Of a DNA stretch of 64,000 bases, positions 1 to 13,126 are shown piece after piece. The stretch's first letter is position 1. The number at the start of each line of letters is the position of its first letter. The position numbers and the translations under genes were made by a program. Source of the stretch: Octopus sinensis (lineage: Eukaryota); assembly GCF_006345805.1 (NCBI RefSeq), contig NC_043011.1, positions 54,882,464-54,946,463 of the forward strand, given 5' to 3'. Under the pieces are notes generated by a model. It was not told the origin of the DNA. It ran no database searches and worked only from the letters and a program-made list of their open reading frames with translations.

Positions 1-234
1 TTTAACTGTCAGGACACAGCATCTTGCAAAGATTCCATGCTTCTTTGACATTTTTACCAAAGTTAGTTCTTTCAGTTTTATGTTCGGAATTCAAATGTTA
101 CTAGGGTCAACTTTTGCCTTTCAGTCTTTCGGGCTCGATTGTCGTATATTAGGGGTGATGAAATCAACTAACACCCCACCACATTCCCACACAATTTCAG
201 GCTTTGCTTGCGTTTACGGAAGAAAGGGTCGTCG

Positions 235-585
235 TCGGCGGCGGCGGACTCGCGGCTTCGATTCCCAGACCAGGCGTTGTGTCTGTTTATTGAGTGAAAA
301 CATCTAAAAGTTCCACGAGGCTCCGGCAGGGGGTGGTGGCAACCCCTGTTGTACACTTTCGCTCCAACTTTCTCTCTCACTCTTTCTTCCTGTTTCTTGT
401 CCCCGACTTCCTACACAACCTCTGAGCCTGGATGCGCATTCATCCATCCGTCGATGCTCTCGGTGTTGGGGGTTGACCTGCTTTCTCTTCTGCGGGTCTT
501 GCGAATAGCAAAGGACCACGTTTCGGACTTCTCCCACTCTGGGACGAAGACCGCTTTGCTCAACAAACAAACAAACAAACAAACA
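235..585 (+). mobile_element. tRNA-headed SINE, group D, tail type 1 ending in (AAAC)n
   Basis: GCGGACTCGCGG..TTCGATTCCCAGACC head with B-box; body matches the reverse-strand copies at 40605-40948 and 59480-59850. Confidence 0.8.
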
Positions 586-1154
586 GCAACATCATCATCA
601 CCTCACCATCACTATCATCATCATCATCAACACCACCATCGTCGTCATCATCCTCATCATCATTATTATTATTATCATTGTTCCACCGAGGTCGACTTTG
701 CCTTTCATCCTTTTAAGGTTGATAAATTAGGTACCAGTTGCGTACAGGAGTCGATCTAATCGACTGCCCCCCCCACCGCAAAAAAAAATTTCGGGCCTTG
801 TGCCTAGATTAGAAAAGATCATTATCATTGTTATCTTCGAGACATGTAGAGAAAACGTGACATACACGAGTTGGGTCAATGACACACACACACACACCGA
901 CATGTGCGATGTAAGGGAGACAACTGTATCAGCGATGAAATTATGGCGCAATAATCTTTCAAAGAAAGTAGGCTGCCTGCCAAATGACAGTTAAATCTCT
1001 CTCAAATCACAGTCTATCGTATAAAAAACATAAGGACAAATATTATGTAATACAACACTAAATATATCCCATATCACCCACTAAAAAAAATAAAAAACCC
1101 AATGGCTACGTGTTATTCTTTTAGGAAATCAACAAGGGTTAACTTGAATGATAT

Positions 1155-1500
1155 CAGGCGAAATGCTCAGCAGTATTTCGTCTGCCATTACGTTCTGAGT
1201 TCAAATTCCGCCAAGGTCGACTTTGCCTTTCATCCTTTCGGGGTCGATTAAATAAGTACCAGTTACGCACTGGGGTCGATGTAATCGACTTAACCCCTTT
1301 GTCTGTCCTTGTTTGTCCGCTCTGTGTTTAGCCCCTTGTGGGCAGTAAAGAAATAGGTATTTCCTCTGTCTTTATTTCATCTGTCTTTGCGTTCGGAGTT
1401 CAAATTTCGTCGAGGTCGACTTTGCTTTTCATCCTTTCGGGGTCAATAAATTAAGTACCAGTTGCGTACTGGGATCGATCTTATCGACTGGTCTTGTGCC
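1155..1500 (+). mobile_element. SINE group A, two tandem copies
   Basis: GAGTTCAAATTC B-box followed by GGTCGACTTTGCCTTTCATCCTTTCGGGGTCGATAAATTAAGTACCAG, a core found more than 15 times in the window. Confidence 0.85.
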
Positions 1501-1966
1501 TAGAGTTGATGTTGCTACTCTTTAACTTTTTACAAGATTTAAAACTGGGCAACAATTGAATAACAATAACCGTAAGCTTATTGTATAAAGTATCCAGGAG
1601 TACTAAACTCGTCAAGAAAGGTTGGAAGAGGAAAGAGAGAGCAGACATATATGTCAAGTGAAGAGACACAGAAATGAAAGTTTAGACGTACTTGCACAGT
1701 TTGTAGAATTCATTATAATTTAGACACAGGTGTAGCTGTGTGGTAAGATGCTGTAGGAACACTGCCAGATCAGACTGGAGCCTCTTGGTGCAGCCTCCTG
1801 GCTTCCCAGACACCGGTCGAACCGTCCAACCCATGCTAGCATGGAAAACGGACGTTAAACGATGATGATGAGGAGGAGGAAGGATGTACAGAGTCAGAAG
1901 GAAAGGTGCTAAACATTTTGTCCAACTCCCTTACAATTCTGCCAGTTTGCTTAGAACGGTACTCTC

Positions 1967-2164
1967 TTTTTACTTGTTTCAGTCAATTGACTGCGGCCAT
2001 GCTGGAGCACCGCCTTTAGTCGAGCAAATCGACCCCGGGACTTATTCTTTTGTAAGCCCAGTACTTATCCTATCGGACTCTTTTGCCGAACCACTAAGTG
2101 ACAGGGACGTAAACACACCAGCATCGGTTGTCAAGCAATGCTAGGGGGACAAACAGACACACAA

Positions 2165-2199
<35 letters not shown>

Positions 2200-2367
2200 C
2201 ATATATACGATGGGCTTCTTTTCAGTTTCAATCTACCAAATCCACTCACAAGGCATTGGTCGGCCCGAGGCTATAGCAGAAGACACTTGCCCAAGATGCC
2301 ACGCAGTGGGACTGAACCCAGAACCATGTGGTTGGTAAGCAAGTTACTTACCACACAGCCACTCCTG
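1967..2367 (-). mobile_element. SINE group B (tRNA-like head, CORE-like GCACCTTGGGCAAGTGTCTT, internal microsatellite)
   Basis: Reverse complement of the copy at 17528-17876; further copies near 7757, 8090, 12690, 14845, 20838, 33790 and 60690. Confidence 0.85.
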
Positions 2368-2794
2368 TTTTTACAGAGAGTAAAACCATAAAAAGACGGA
2401 GAAGTGGACAAAAAAAAAAGGCCATAAAAATGGCATTTTAGGAGCTTTAGGAGAAGTGTTGCTGAATTCTGGGAAATAAGGAATTTTTGAAGGATGCAGT
2501 GTCCCGACTGTTAACAAATGATGTGGGTCATTTATTCTGTCCTGTGTGAAAGGACCACACAATAGCACCCGTGCCAGAGCCATGGAAAAGCACCTTTGTT
2601 AGTGTCACATTAAAGTGCCCATACCGGCGCCATGTACAAGCATCCAGTACATTCTGTGGAATGGCTGGCATTCATTAAGAAGGGGCTTCCAGCCATAGCA
2701 ACCATGCCATGGAGCCTGGGCAGCTCTGCAGCTGGCCAACTTCTATCAAACCTTGTCCAACCCATGCTAGCACGGAGAAGAGACATTAAAAAGA

Positions 2795-2857
2795 TAATGA
2801 TGATGGTGGTGATGATGATGATGGTGGTGGTGGTGACGATGATGATGATGGTGGTGG

Positions 2858-2888
<31 letters not shown>

Positions 2889-2915
2889 GGTGGTGGTGGT
2901 GGTGGTGGTGGTGAT
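2795..2915. repeat. (GAT)n/(GGT)n trinucleotide microsatellite
   Basis: Seen directly. Confidence 0.9.
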
Positions 2916-3264
2916 GTTGGCAATTTGGAGCATACAAAAGACATTTCTAAAAGTCATGGCTGCTACCTTTCAAAGCTTATTTCACAGGTGCCATGGGGCC
3001 TTTGCAATCTTTCCTCTTTATGGCTTTTTCTTTTAATGCTCACTTTTCTGTCTTTTTATCTTTTTCTCCATGTACTGTGCCCATAATTTTGGCTGTCACT
3101 CACACCTTTCTTCTCCAATGACCACTTTCTGTCTCCTCTGGTGGCTTGGAGTGTTCCTCTGTGTTGATTATGGTTTATATTTTGGTATTAACAAAGGCTC
3201 CATACTTACTTTTTTTTTTCTTTTTGTGAAGTTCAACATCAGATGAAAGTATTGTCAACTAACG

Positions 3265-3605
3265 TTTTATCTCACAACATCATAAGCGGAAAGTGTAACC
3301 TCTCGAAAGAGCTGTTCTTCACTCCTGCTCTAGAGCGTCGGCTGCGGGGTCATTCCGAAAACCTCTATCTGCGACGATTTCATCTCAATCGAAGGAGAAG
3401 GGCTTTTTCTCCGTCTGGGTTGTGGATCCATGGAACAAGCTGCCAGACGAGATGGTGAAGATGCCGACGACTGCTTTGTTCAAAGTCTACCTTGACCTCA
3501 AGTGGCCTGAACTCTTTACATGAACACCACCCTGTACATAACTCCATGTCCTTGCTTTTTGCTTTTGAGCCAAAGAATTAACTAACTAACTAACTAACTA
3601 ATTAT
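3265..3605 (+). mobile_element. CR1-like LINE 3' fragment with (TAAC)n tail
   Basis: Translates to RLRGHSENLYLRRFHLNRRR, then after a frameshift VVDPWNKLPDEMV..FKVYLD, typical of a CR1 ORF2 C-terminus; short tandem tail. Confidence 0.7.
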
Positions 3606-4429
3606 CTCTCTCTTGTTTTGTTGCATTTTTTTTTTTTGGCATTTTCTCTTGTGTTGCAATGACTCCTTGTTCTTAAAGATGGGTTATGATTCATCTTAAT
3701 GAAATACTTTCCATTAAGAGTGCTCTATAACTAATTGGGAACGAATTAGAGCTGCAGCAAATGTATCTATGCTAAGGCAATAAAATGGAAATAGCATCAC
3801 CATCGCTGCCATGACCACCACCACGACCACCAACACCACCACCATGACCACCACCAGTGGCTGCTATCACCATTGCTGCCACAACCACGACCACCACGAC
3901 CACCACCAGTGGCTGGAAACATGTTAAGGTATGTAAAATGTTAGAGACTGAAACCTAATCGGTTCTTACAATAAATACATCTGAAAGTAAAATTTATATA
4001 TGGACCCTTAAGATACTATTGAGAATCTCCAATTTGCTATTTTGCTTGCGTGGAACCCCATCTAAAATCTCATGTGGACTCTCAGAGGGTCATACGGACC
4101 CTGATTCAGAACCACTGATTCAGATCAACTTAAAACAGAAGTTGATATATACAGCTAGGAGTAGTCCTGTGTGGGTGGGTTGTTATCAAAGGGCTTGAAA
4201 TCACATTCACCACCTCCCTCCTCCTGTCTCACACATTGCTATCTAAGAACACAATCACCACCACCACCACCATCATATAATATCCATTGTCCATGCTGGC
4301 ATGGGTTGGATGGTGTGACCAGAGTTGGCAAGTTGGTGGGGGCTGCACCAGGCTCCAGTCTGAATTGCCATAGTTTCTATGGCTGGATGCCCTTTCTACA
4401 CCAACCACTTTACAGAGTGTGCCGGGTGA

Positions 4430-4880
4430 TTTTATGTGACACCATACAGGTGCTTTTACATGGTACCACACGGACACTTTTATGTGGTACTGCACAAGTG
4501 CTTTTACATGGTGCCACACGGACACTTTTATGTGGCACTGCACAGGGGCTTTTACATGGTGCCACACGGACACTTTTATGTGGTACTGCACAAGTGCTTT
4601 TACATGGTACCACACGGACACTTTTATGTGGTACTGCACAAGTGCTTTTACATGGTACCACACGGACACTTTTATGTGGTACTGCACAAGTGCTTTTATG
4701 TGACACTGCATGGACACTTTTATGTGGCATTGCACAGGTGCTTTTACATGTTACCACATGAGAACTCTTATGTGACACCACACAGGTGCCATTACATAGT
4801 ACCACTTTTATGTGGAACCATAGAGGTGCTTTTTCATGGTACCACACGGGCACTTTTATGTGACATCACATGGGTGCTTT
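4430..4880. repeat. Minisatellite: 48-bp unit made of two 24-bp monomers, inside a group C element
   Basis: Unit CTTTTACATGGTACCACACGGACA+CTTTTATGTGGTACTGCACAAGTG, about 5 near-perfect copies with degenerate flanks. Confidence 0.9.
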
Positions 4881-5113
4881 CACATGATGCTGCATGGGCG
4901 TTTTCAATGTCGCCACATGGGCAAAATGAATAACCACATAGCAGAGCGTAACTAAGCACATAAATTTATGTGGGAGAGCGATACAATGAAAGAATGACTC
5001 GACAAACTGGTGGATAGTATTATTAAACCGGTCATTTAAGCAATATTTGGGAATGATCAATATCTTGGTATAGAGATATTGAAAGACACTCTGCATTAAA
5101 GGAAGCGAAGTTT

Positions 5114-5115
<2 letters not shown>

Positions 5116-5153
<38 letters not shown>

Positions 5154-5692
5154 GTTTAACGTCCGCTTTCCATGCTAGCATGGGTTGGATGGTTCAACTG
5201 GGGTCTGGGAAGCCCGAAGGCTGCACCAGGCTCCAGTCAGATCTGGCAGTGTTTCTACAGCTGGATGCCCTTCCTAATGCCAACCACTCCATGAGTGTAG
5301 TGGGTGCTTTTTATGTGCCACCGACACAGGTGCCAGACGAGGCTGGCGAACGGCCACGCTCGGATGGTGTTCTTTTTGTGCCACCGACACAGGTGCCAGA
5401 CGAGGCTGGCGAACGGCCACGCTCGGATGGTGTTTTTTTTGTGTCACCGACACAGGTGCCAGACGAGGCTGGCGAACGGCCACGCTCGGATGGTGTTTTT
5501 TTTGTGCCGCCGGCACGGAGGCCAGGCGAGGCTGGCACAGCCACGTTCTGATGGTGCTTGTTACGTGCCCTCAGCACGGAGGCCAGTCGATGCGGTACTG
5601 GCTACGGCCATGTTCGGATGGTTTTCTTAAGTGCCACCAGCACTGGTACCACAAAAATACAAATTCCATTGATGTTCATCGATTTTGATTTG
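5116..5692 (-). mobile_element. Group C RTE-tailed retroelement with three 63-bp internal tandem units
   Basis: On the minus strand it ends CCAACCCATGCTAGCATGGAAAGCGGACGTTAAACGATGATG; the 63-bp unit shows as a 21-aa repeat in the ORF track. Confidence 0.8.
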
Positions 5693-6128
5693 ATATCAAG
5701 ATTAAAGGCAAAAACATCTGTCTCACAACTGGTTCAGAGCAGGAAAATTCCTGTTATGAGAAAGCTTCCTGAGTTATATAGAAACCAATCTTTTGTATGA
5801 CAGAACAGGTTTATGAATCAATCCCTGATTAGATAACACAATGACAATAGCATAAATGGGGCTGGCATTAAGAGATTAAGGTAAGACATCTAGTTTCTTC
5901 TGGTTTTCTGATTGGTATTAATGTTGTATATCAGCAACATTGTCATCGTGGTTACCGCCACCACCACCACCACCACCAATGCCACCACCACCACCATCGT
6001 CAGCGGCATCATCATCATTGTCAACATCAGCATCATCATCATGGTTATCGTTATCATCATCATTATTTTGATGTCCACTTTAACCATGCTTGCTTGGGTT
6101 GGATGGAGTTTATTGAAGGGGATTTTCC

Positions 6129-6172
6129 ACATACATACATACACACACACATACATACATACACACACACAC

Positions 6173-6205
<33 letters not shown>

Positions 6206-6456
6206 TACATACATACATACATACATACACACACACACATACATACATACATACATACATACATACACACACACATACATACATACATACATACATACAT
6301 ACATACATACATGCATGCATGCATGCATACATACATACATACATACATACATACATACATACATACATACATACATACATACACACACACATACATACAT
6401 ACATACATACATACATACATACATACATACATACACACACACACATACATACATAC
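6129..6456. repeat. (TACA)n/(CA)n compound microsatellite
   Basis: Seen directly. Confidence 0.95.
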
Positions 6457-8244
6457 TTGGGTTCCTTCACTCCCAGTGGTTCAAATGTTAGTTAACCTAT
6501 AACTGGATCCCTAACAGGTGCTGCTATTCCAGGTCAGAGCAGGCTTGGGAACAACAGTGGTTAAGGGGTGGTTCCATAATCCTCAAAAACCTGGAACTCC
6601 CATCTCGGGGCTCCACTATTGGATGCCATGTCCAGTAAGTTGACCGTCATCGATTCACTGTTTTGTTTTCTCAATAAAATAGTTTTTTTAATTATTAATG
6701 GTGAGAAACTATGGATATATTTTCTTGGTAAACTTCCCTCATGGTGAACTTTCTTCACAGTGAATTGATAGAGTTTATAATTACCTGTAATCACTGTAAT
6801 TAAAGTCATATCCAGAACAAACATCCATCCATCCATTCATCCATTCATCATTCAGTCATCCCTCCCTCCCTCCTTCCATCCATTCAGTCATCCCTCTCTC
6901 CATCCTTCCATCTATTCATTCAGCCATTCATCCCTCCCTCCCTCCATCTATCTGTCCATTCAGCCATTCATCCATCCATTCAGTCATCCCTCCCTCCCTT
7001 CATCCCTCCCTTCATCCATCCCTCTCTCCCTCCCTCCTTCCATTCATCCGTGATGGCTGTCCACTTGTGACTGAGGAAGACTGTCACTGACCATTGCCCA
7101 CATCAAAACGCCAACGCTTCTTGTGCATGAGGTTACTGCACCTGCAGTTGGCCTCACCTGCGTTTGCACCCATAGCTTCCATGCTCACCACAGAGCTCTC
7201 CTACTCGACCAAGCATCAGAAAGTCACCTCATTGACAATTGCACAACCTAAAATCTTAGGCCCAATAAGGCTTGCATAACACCATACAGACCTTCTTCAC
7301 ACTACTGACAGGATCTAGAAACAAGCCAAAGCAAGATATACAGTCCCAATAGGAGTTGTAAGCTCAGGAATATGGGAATATCATGAACTCTAGCACAAGC
7401 AAAAGATCCCCAAAATGTTCAATACCTTTCCCTGAATGTCTGGTTTTATATTAGATTGACTTCTAGAGACATGCTTTAACAAGAGCTGAGGGGTGCCTCA
7501 CTCGCAGAGGTCTTGTAGCACACTGAACACCATCCCAGAATTTCTGAGGGCCTGTGCTTTTGCTGGGTAGTTTTCGACCTACAATAGATTTATCCATTCT
7601 TTTGATACCTTGTGTTTTTTAGTCCTGCTAATTTCCAAACAGCCCTCCTCATCAGGCAAACCTAGAAGAGGAGTTGGTTTAGTCACCAATGACCTAACCA
7701 TGTAATAGGTTGTACTGAATTCCATGTTACCAGTAGCATACATACCTACATACATACGATGGGCTTCCTCACAGTTTTGCCAACAATCTCATCCACAAGA
7801 CATAGGTCAGCCTTGGGCTACAGTCGGGAAAAAAAACTTACATGCAGTGGGACTGAACCTGAAACCATGTTGTTGGTAATTAAACTTCTTAACCACACAG
7901 CCAGGCCTGCACCTATGTTCTGATATATTAGTTTTTAAGCCTTTAGCATTAAAACCAACCATATCCAGCCCAAATATTATATCTATTTTATGTACAGACT
8001 GGTCAGATCCAGCCTCTTACACCTACCCTACAATGTCATACTAAGAATAAACAAGCACATTATCGAAATCTCAACACAAGAAAATCCATGTGGGAGTGGC
8101 TGTGTGGTAAGTAGCTTGCTTACCAACCACATGGTTCTGGGTTCAGTCTCACTGTGTGGCACCTTGAGTGTCTTCTACTATAGCCTCAGGCCAACCAAAT
8201 CCTTGTGAGTGGATTAGGTAGATGGAAACTGAAAGAAGCCTGTC

Positions 8245-8285
<41 letters not shown>

Positions 8286-8289
8286 CATA

Positions 8290-8645
8290 CATCTCCAGTG
8301 TGGAACCCCTACCATGTCAAGAATATCAGTTTGTTGGAAGCTTTTGTCCAAAGACATGCTACCAGACGATTATCAGCAGCACATTAAAACTTCAACATGT
8401 AGCTGCTGATCTGGCAGAAACCCACTGATTATCCATTATATTCCCAACAACTTTGGCCACCTTTTTTTAAATTAAATATTTCTAACACCTGTGGACATGA
8501 TTACAAAATCAAAAAAAAAACAGGGCAACACTCACGACCTTCAGAAACATATTTTTAATACTCAGAATTATGAAAACATGGAATAAACTACCCACATCAG
8601 TTGTTAGCTGTCAACCCCACAAAACTTCGGTGCTCACCGAAATTC
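8290..8645 (+). mobile_element. Decayed CR1-like LINE 3' fragment
   Basis: SPVWNPYHVKNISLLEAFVQRHATRR, then ACATGGAATAAACTACCCACATCAGTTGTTAGCTGTC matching the copy at 47445-47900. Confidence 0.65.
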
Positions 8646-8659
8646 ACGGACCCTAACCT

Positions 8660-8975
8660 TAACCCCTTAAAGCTAAAACCAGTACATACGCACGAACGAT
8701 GTCATAAATAACAGTGACAAACGAAAAATCACCGCCGATAGTTGTTGTTTGACAAACAATGGCAGTAATTTTATTCAGCTGAATACACGTCATTGATTGG
8801 TTGAAATTACCGAAATACGACAACTTTAACAAGAAATAACTTCCAAAATACAGAATTTTCTCAACAACGCTAAGAGCAAAAGATGTTTTATGTGACACAT
8901 TCTACAAGTATACGAAGTTTTGAAAGTGTTTAGTTACAAAAAATTATTTTTTAAATCTGTCGGTCAAAAGGTCCA
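8660..8975 (-). repeat. Unclassified interspersed repeat; second copy at about 34220-34435 in the opposite orientation
   Basis: GATGTTTTATGTGACACATTCTACAAGTATACGAAGTTTTGAAAGTGTTTAGTTACAAA matches the reverse complement of 34263-34320. Confidence 0.7.
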
Positions 8976-9256
8976 AATTCACCAACACCAATCCTGATGT
9001 ACCTATGGTCCCTTTCCTCTTTAGGGCCCTTTTACTATTCATTTATCTGTCTTTTTGTGTCTTATCCAGGGTTTTACGCATTTACTTTTGGCTATCTTTG
9101 ATGTCTTTCTTAACTTACCGTTGCTTTCTGTCCTCTCTTTTATTCTTTTCAAACTATTTGTAGGTTATCTGATCACAATACAGAATAAGCCCACTATTGT
9201 ATGTTACTATAAAACAACTCTTTCAATGACAGCGAGAGGAACACTTTATTCCGAGA

Positions 9257-9648
9257 CTAGCAGTATCACCCGGCGTTGCTCGGGTTTGTTTCGACCCCTC
9301 AGAATTGGAATTTTTGAAAAGATTTTGCATTATGTAGCTTGTTATTCTCTTTAAGTGAACATTTTTCTGGTTGAAATACACCGAAAAATGGCGACACAGC
9401 AGTAAAAAAAATCGTAAAAAATAGGGATTTTCATAATAAAAATGCATCTTTTTGATGTAAATAATTTTTGGTTTTAACATGATCCAATTTGAATTTTATT
9501 TTCTATGGAATGAAGAGCAATCCTTCTTCTATCATAACTCTCAATTTTGGTCAACTTGCGCCGCAGGGTCTTGGAGGAGATAGTGTTAGTTGAAGGCTTA
9601 CCAAGCCTGCCATACACAGACAACTTCAGCTTTATATAGAGAGAGAGA
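9257..9648 (-). mobile_element. Non-autonomous Helitron-type element
   Basis: Minus strand starts TC-rich/TATATAAAGCTGAAGTTGTCTGTG and ends with hairpin CCCGAGCAACGCCGGG plus CTAG; same 3' end as 30773-31153. Confidence 0.7.
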
Positions 9649-10675
9649 TTTGAAAGAACATCATAATTTGTAGAACGGGATTAATTTGATGGTGGGTTGC
9701 ATAAGTATGTTGATGTGACTTTGAGGAAGATGAAAATGTTTTCTCATTTAATTTTCTAAACAGCAAGAAATTTGTCAGGAAAAAAAAAGTTTTAGAGAGT
9801 TGTTTCCCTTAGAACGGTAAAGTTGCATAAAAGCTGGAAGCTGCCGGGTTTTGCCTTAGAATGCTTTGCTCGAAATTAATATTGATTCGTTTCGACATCG
9901 CAGGGAAAACTCATGTTGCAGCATCCATGACTTAACTTATTTAAAACGGCTTCAAACTCTGGATTAAAACAGATTTTACTCTTAGTTAATCGGGAACTTA
10001 TTCCTTTATTTCTTGCTGTACACAGTGGACAAATATGTTAAATATTTGTAACATTATAACTGGAATTAACAATAAAATAATATAATGCAGATATTCCTAA
10101 CCCCATGGGGTAACATTTTCGTGTTAACACCCGCACGATTTTCACTATGGAAAAAAAAAACGGATTTTTTGACGTGGAATCAAGTACCCTGACCTAATAT
10201 GCTGCAAATCCCTTATTTTGGTCCGGAAAAGAGGGGTCGAAAGGGGAAATCCCCGCCCCGTCTCAGAATCATTGGAATTTTTTTTTTTTACTTTGAATGA
10301 ATTCCTGTGACATCCTAATATGTTACAAAACCCTTTTGTGTGTATATATACACACAAACACACATGCGTTTGTATTTATGTTTATTCCACACCACCATTT
10401 GACAACCGGTGCTGATTTGTTTATGTCCCCCGTAACCTAGCGGTTTGATGAGGGAAACCAACAGAATAGCTACTAGGCTTTACTAAAATAAATTCTGGAG
10501 TTAATCTGTTCGGTTAAAATCTTTCAAAGTGGTACCCCAGGATGGCCGCAATTCAATGCCTGAGACAAGAAAAAGATTTTTAAAATAATAGATATTTGTT
10601 TTGGGTCGTCAGCCGAACAAGGAAGGTAGTTCGTCTGAAGACCTTCCTGTGTTAAGTGGTTAACAAACCCCGTGT

Positions 10676-10708
10676 ATGGACCCGGCTTCTCAGAAGACGG
10701 CAATGTGA
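10676..10708 (+). promoter_or_regulatory. Candidate 10-codon uORF (MDPASQKTAM*) whose TGA overlaps the RBM48 ATG
   Basis: ATG 10676 to ATG TGA 10703-10708; main ATG 10708-10710 (TGATG overlap); relevant only if the transcript starts upstream of 10676. Confidence 0.4.
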
Positions 10709-10797
10709 TGGAGGCTGTCCCTGCTCACCATGTGAAACATCAACTCTGTGCAAGTCGACCACTTTACAGAGAAGGAAGGGAACAGAGGGCTGTCAAG
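10708..10797 (+). CDS. RBM48: RNA-binding protein 48, coding exon 1; proposed join(10708..10797,12377..12567,16009..16154,18374..18988,20424..20716,25294..25347), about 462 aa
   Basis: MEAVPAHHVKHQLCASRPLYREGREQRAVK matches the recalled human RBM48 N-terminus HHVQRAVCDTRAKYREGRRPRAVKV; in-frame TGA upstream at 10636; donor AAG|GTCTGT, phase 0. Confidence 0.85.
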
Positions 10798-11042
10798 GTC
10801 TGTAACACATTCCCTCAACAGTATCTTCCTGTAATTTACACAACCAGCTCTAAAAAGCTGCGTAAATTTTGTCCATAGTTACACAAATGAACCACAGTAA
10901 ACCACGCTGTATTATTTAGTATATTCTCTCCTGTTTGTTTACATAAAACTTTTCTTTCCCGCCTCATCGATCTTGTTTTTAGGTTGTTTTTTCTGTAAAT
11001 AAGCGATTCAGTGGCAATAATGGTTTTCTACATATATATTTC

Positions 11043-11252
11043 TTTACTACCCACAAGGGGCTAAACATAGAGAGGACCGGACAAACAAGGACAGACAAAC
11101 GGATTAAGTCGATTACATCGACCCCAGTGCGTAACTGGTACTTTACTTATCGACCCCGAAAGGATGAAAGGCAAAGTCGACCTCGGCGGGATTTGAACTC
11201 AGAACGTAACGGCAGACGAAATACGGCTACGCATTTCGCCCGGCGTGCTAAC
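11043..11252 (-). mobile_element. SINE group A in RBM48 intron 1
   Basis: Reverse complement of the group A consensus; flanking TTTTCTACATA direct repeat. Confidence 0.85.
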
Positions 11253-12376
11253 TGTGATTTTCTACATAAAAAAGAATTATAGATTTCACGTTATTTGAGT
11301 ATTTATTTACACAGGTAGCTGTTCCCGATTATTTTCTAAGTCTAAATCATATTTCGTCATTTATTATTTTATAATTTGTATACTTTCTAGATATGGGTTG
11401 GCATCGGATAAAACGTCCCGAGTTATGTCTTCTAGTTTTTTACGTTCCAAGTTCGAATCCCGCCCTAGTTAACTTTGACTTTCTTCTCTCCAGGGTCGAT
11501 AAAATAAAGTACCACTCAAATACTGCATCACAAATTTCAGGTCCTTCGACCTGTGTTAGAAATAATTAAGGATGTTTGGCTGAGCGTCGGACAAAATGCC
11601 TCGTAGTATTGTTCCTAATTCAAATCCCGCCGATGTCAACTTTTGCTTTCATTCTTCCCTAATCAATAAAGTAAAGTACCAATGAAGTACTGAAGTTCAT
11701 GGAATCGGTTAATCGTCCTCCCTTCAAATTTACTGGTTTTGTACCCAAATCAGAAACCATTATTTTTTTATTGGAGTTTTCGAATTTAAATTCCCTTTTG
11801 GTTTCCTTGTTGCAAACCATTGGTGCCTATTTGGCAGAAGCGTCAGGGCATTTTTGTTCTGGCTTTTTGAGTTTTGAGTTCAATTCCTGTCTTGGTCAAA
11901 CTTTATTATTTATCGTTCCAGGTTTGATAAATAAAATTCATGTCTAGGGTGAGTAAGGATGCCTTATGGGGCATTCCTTCGATATTGATCTATTGATCTA
12001 CAGAGTGTAGGTGTGAGGAGGCGACGTCATTTACCATCATTTTCAGCCCCCTTTGTGTCATGAGAAAAAGTTGTGTGGGTGAATAACATCATGTACCAAT
12101 AACGAAGGATTGCTCCTTATGGTATTTGTTCATGCTTTTTGTGTTTCTGAGCTCAAATCCTTCCATGGCCTACTTGAGTGATTAAAGAAACTCATTTGAT
12201 AAATACTATATTGAGCTTTCTGTAATGTATCGGTAGTTCTTTGTCATATAAATGTTTCTTGTTGAAATACTTATCATTTTACATCCTAAATCTTCTTCTT
12301 TGTCAATTATTTACCTCATGACACTAACCCTGTTTCTGCTAAACGACTGATGTGTCTGTTGTTTCAATTCCTAAAG

Positions 12377-12567
12377 GCATACACCGTGAGTTCTGAATCC
12401 AAGTACCTGATGATATACGGAGTACCTGTGAACCGAGGGCCTGATCTTGCTCCCCTCTTTAGTGTCCATGGCAAAATCGATGAGCTGCGTGGACTTGCGG
12501 AATACTCAAAGAAAGAAGATTTCACTGAAGTGTTCCTTCTCAAGTACAAACACATCCAGTCTGCTCG
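12377..12567 (+). CDS. RBM48: RBM48 coding exon 2 (RRM, first half)
   Basis: AYTVSSESKYLMIYGVP..EDFTEVFLLKYKHIQSAR matches recalled human YTINLESQYLLIQGVP..EDFTEVYLIKFMNLQSAR; AG acceptor ends 12376, donor GTGAGA at 12568, phase 2. Confidence 0.92.
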
Positions 12568-13083
12568 GTGAGAATGATCATGCTTTATTTCAACTCATAC
12601 CATTCTTTCCAACAGAGTTCCATTTTAAAGAAGATCTGCTTTTATTGGCTCCAACTCTGTCTCCTTTTCCTCCCCAATTTTGTCTTTTCTTTTACTTGTT
12701 TCAGTTATTAGACTGCAGCCATGCTTTGGCCCTGCTTTGAATTTTAGACAAGCGAATCAATCCGGTGCTTATTTGTTTTTTGTAAAAGCCCAGTACTTAT
12801 TCTATCAACTTCTTTTGCTGAACTGCTAAGTTATGGTGATGTAAACACACCAACATTGGTTGTCAAGCATTGGGATGGGGAGAGCAAACAAAGACACACA
12901 CACACACATATAGTAAGAGGAGGGATATGAATATCCAGGCAGATAACGCGTTACTCTATGTAAAGTGCCAAGGCTGGTTTCTTCTGTTGGACAATTATTA
13001 TGAATAAACTAAGCACAAAGTTTGAATGTTCAAATTCTTCTACTTTCTTTATTATCAGTATACACACACGCACACACACATAC

Positions 13084-13126
<43 letters not shown>

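Noticed and set aside
4171-4933. Overlapping repeat-protein ORFs, or a CRISPR-like array
   Set aside because: Pure tandem 24/48-bp minisatellite with no unique spacers and no cas genes, in eukaryotic DNA
5890-6502. Long ORFs in several frames (YIHT/MYVC repeats); also 32643-33309, 22576-24668 and 2610-3036
   Set aside because: Translations of stop-free microsatellites with no domain content
1-10630. A divergent gene upstream of RBM48 (PEX1 is head-to-head with it in human)
   Set aside because: No recognisable minus-strand coding exon; small exons could have been missed
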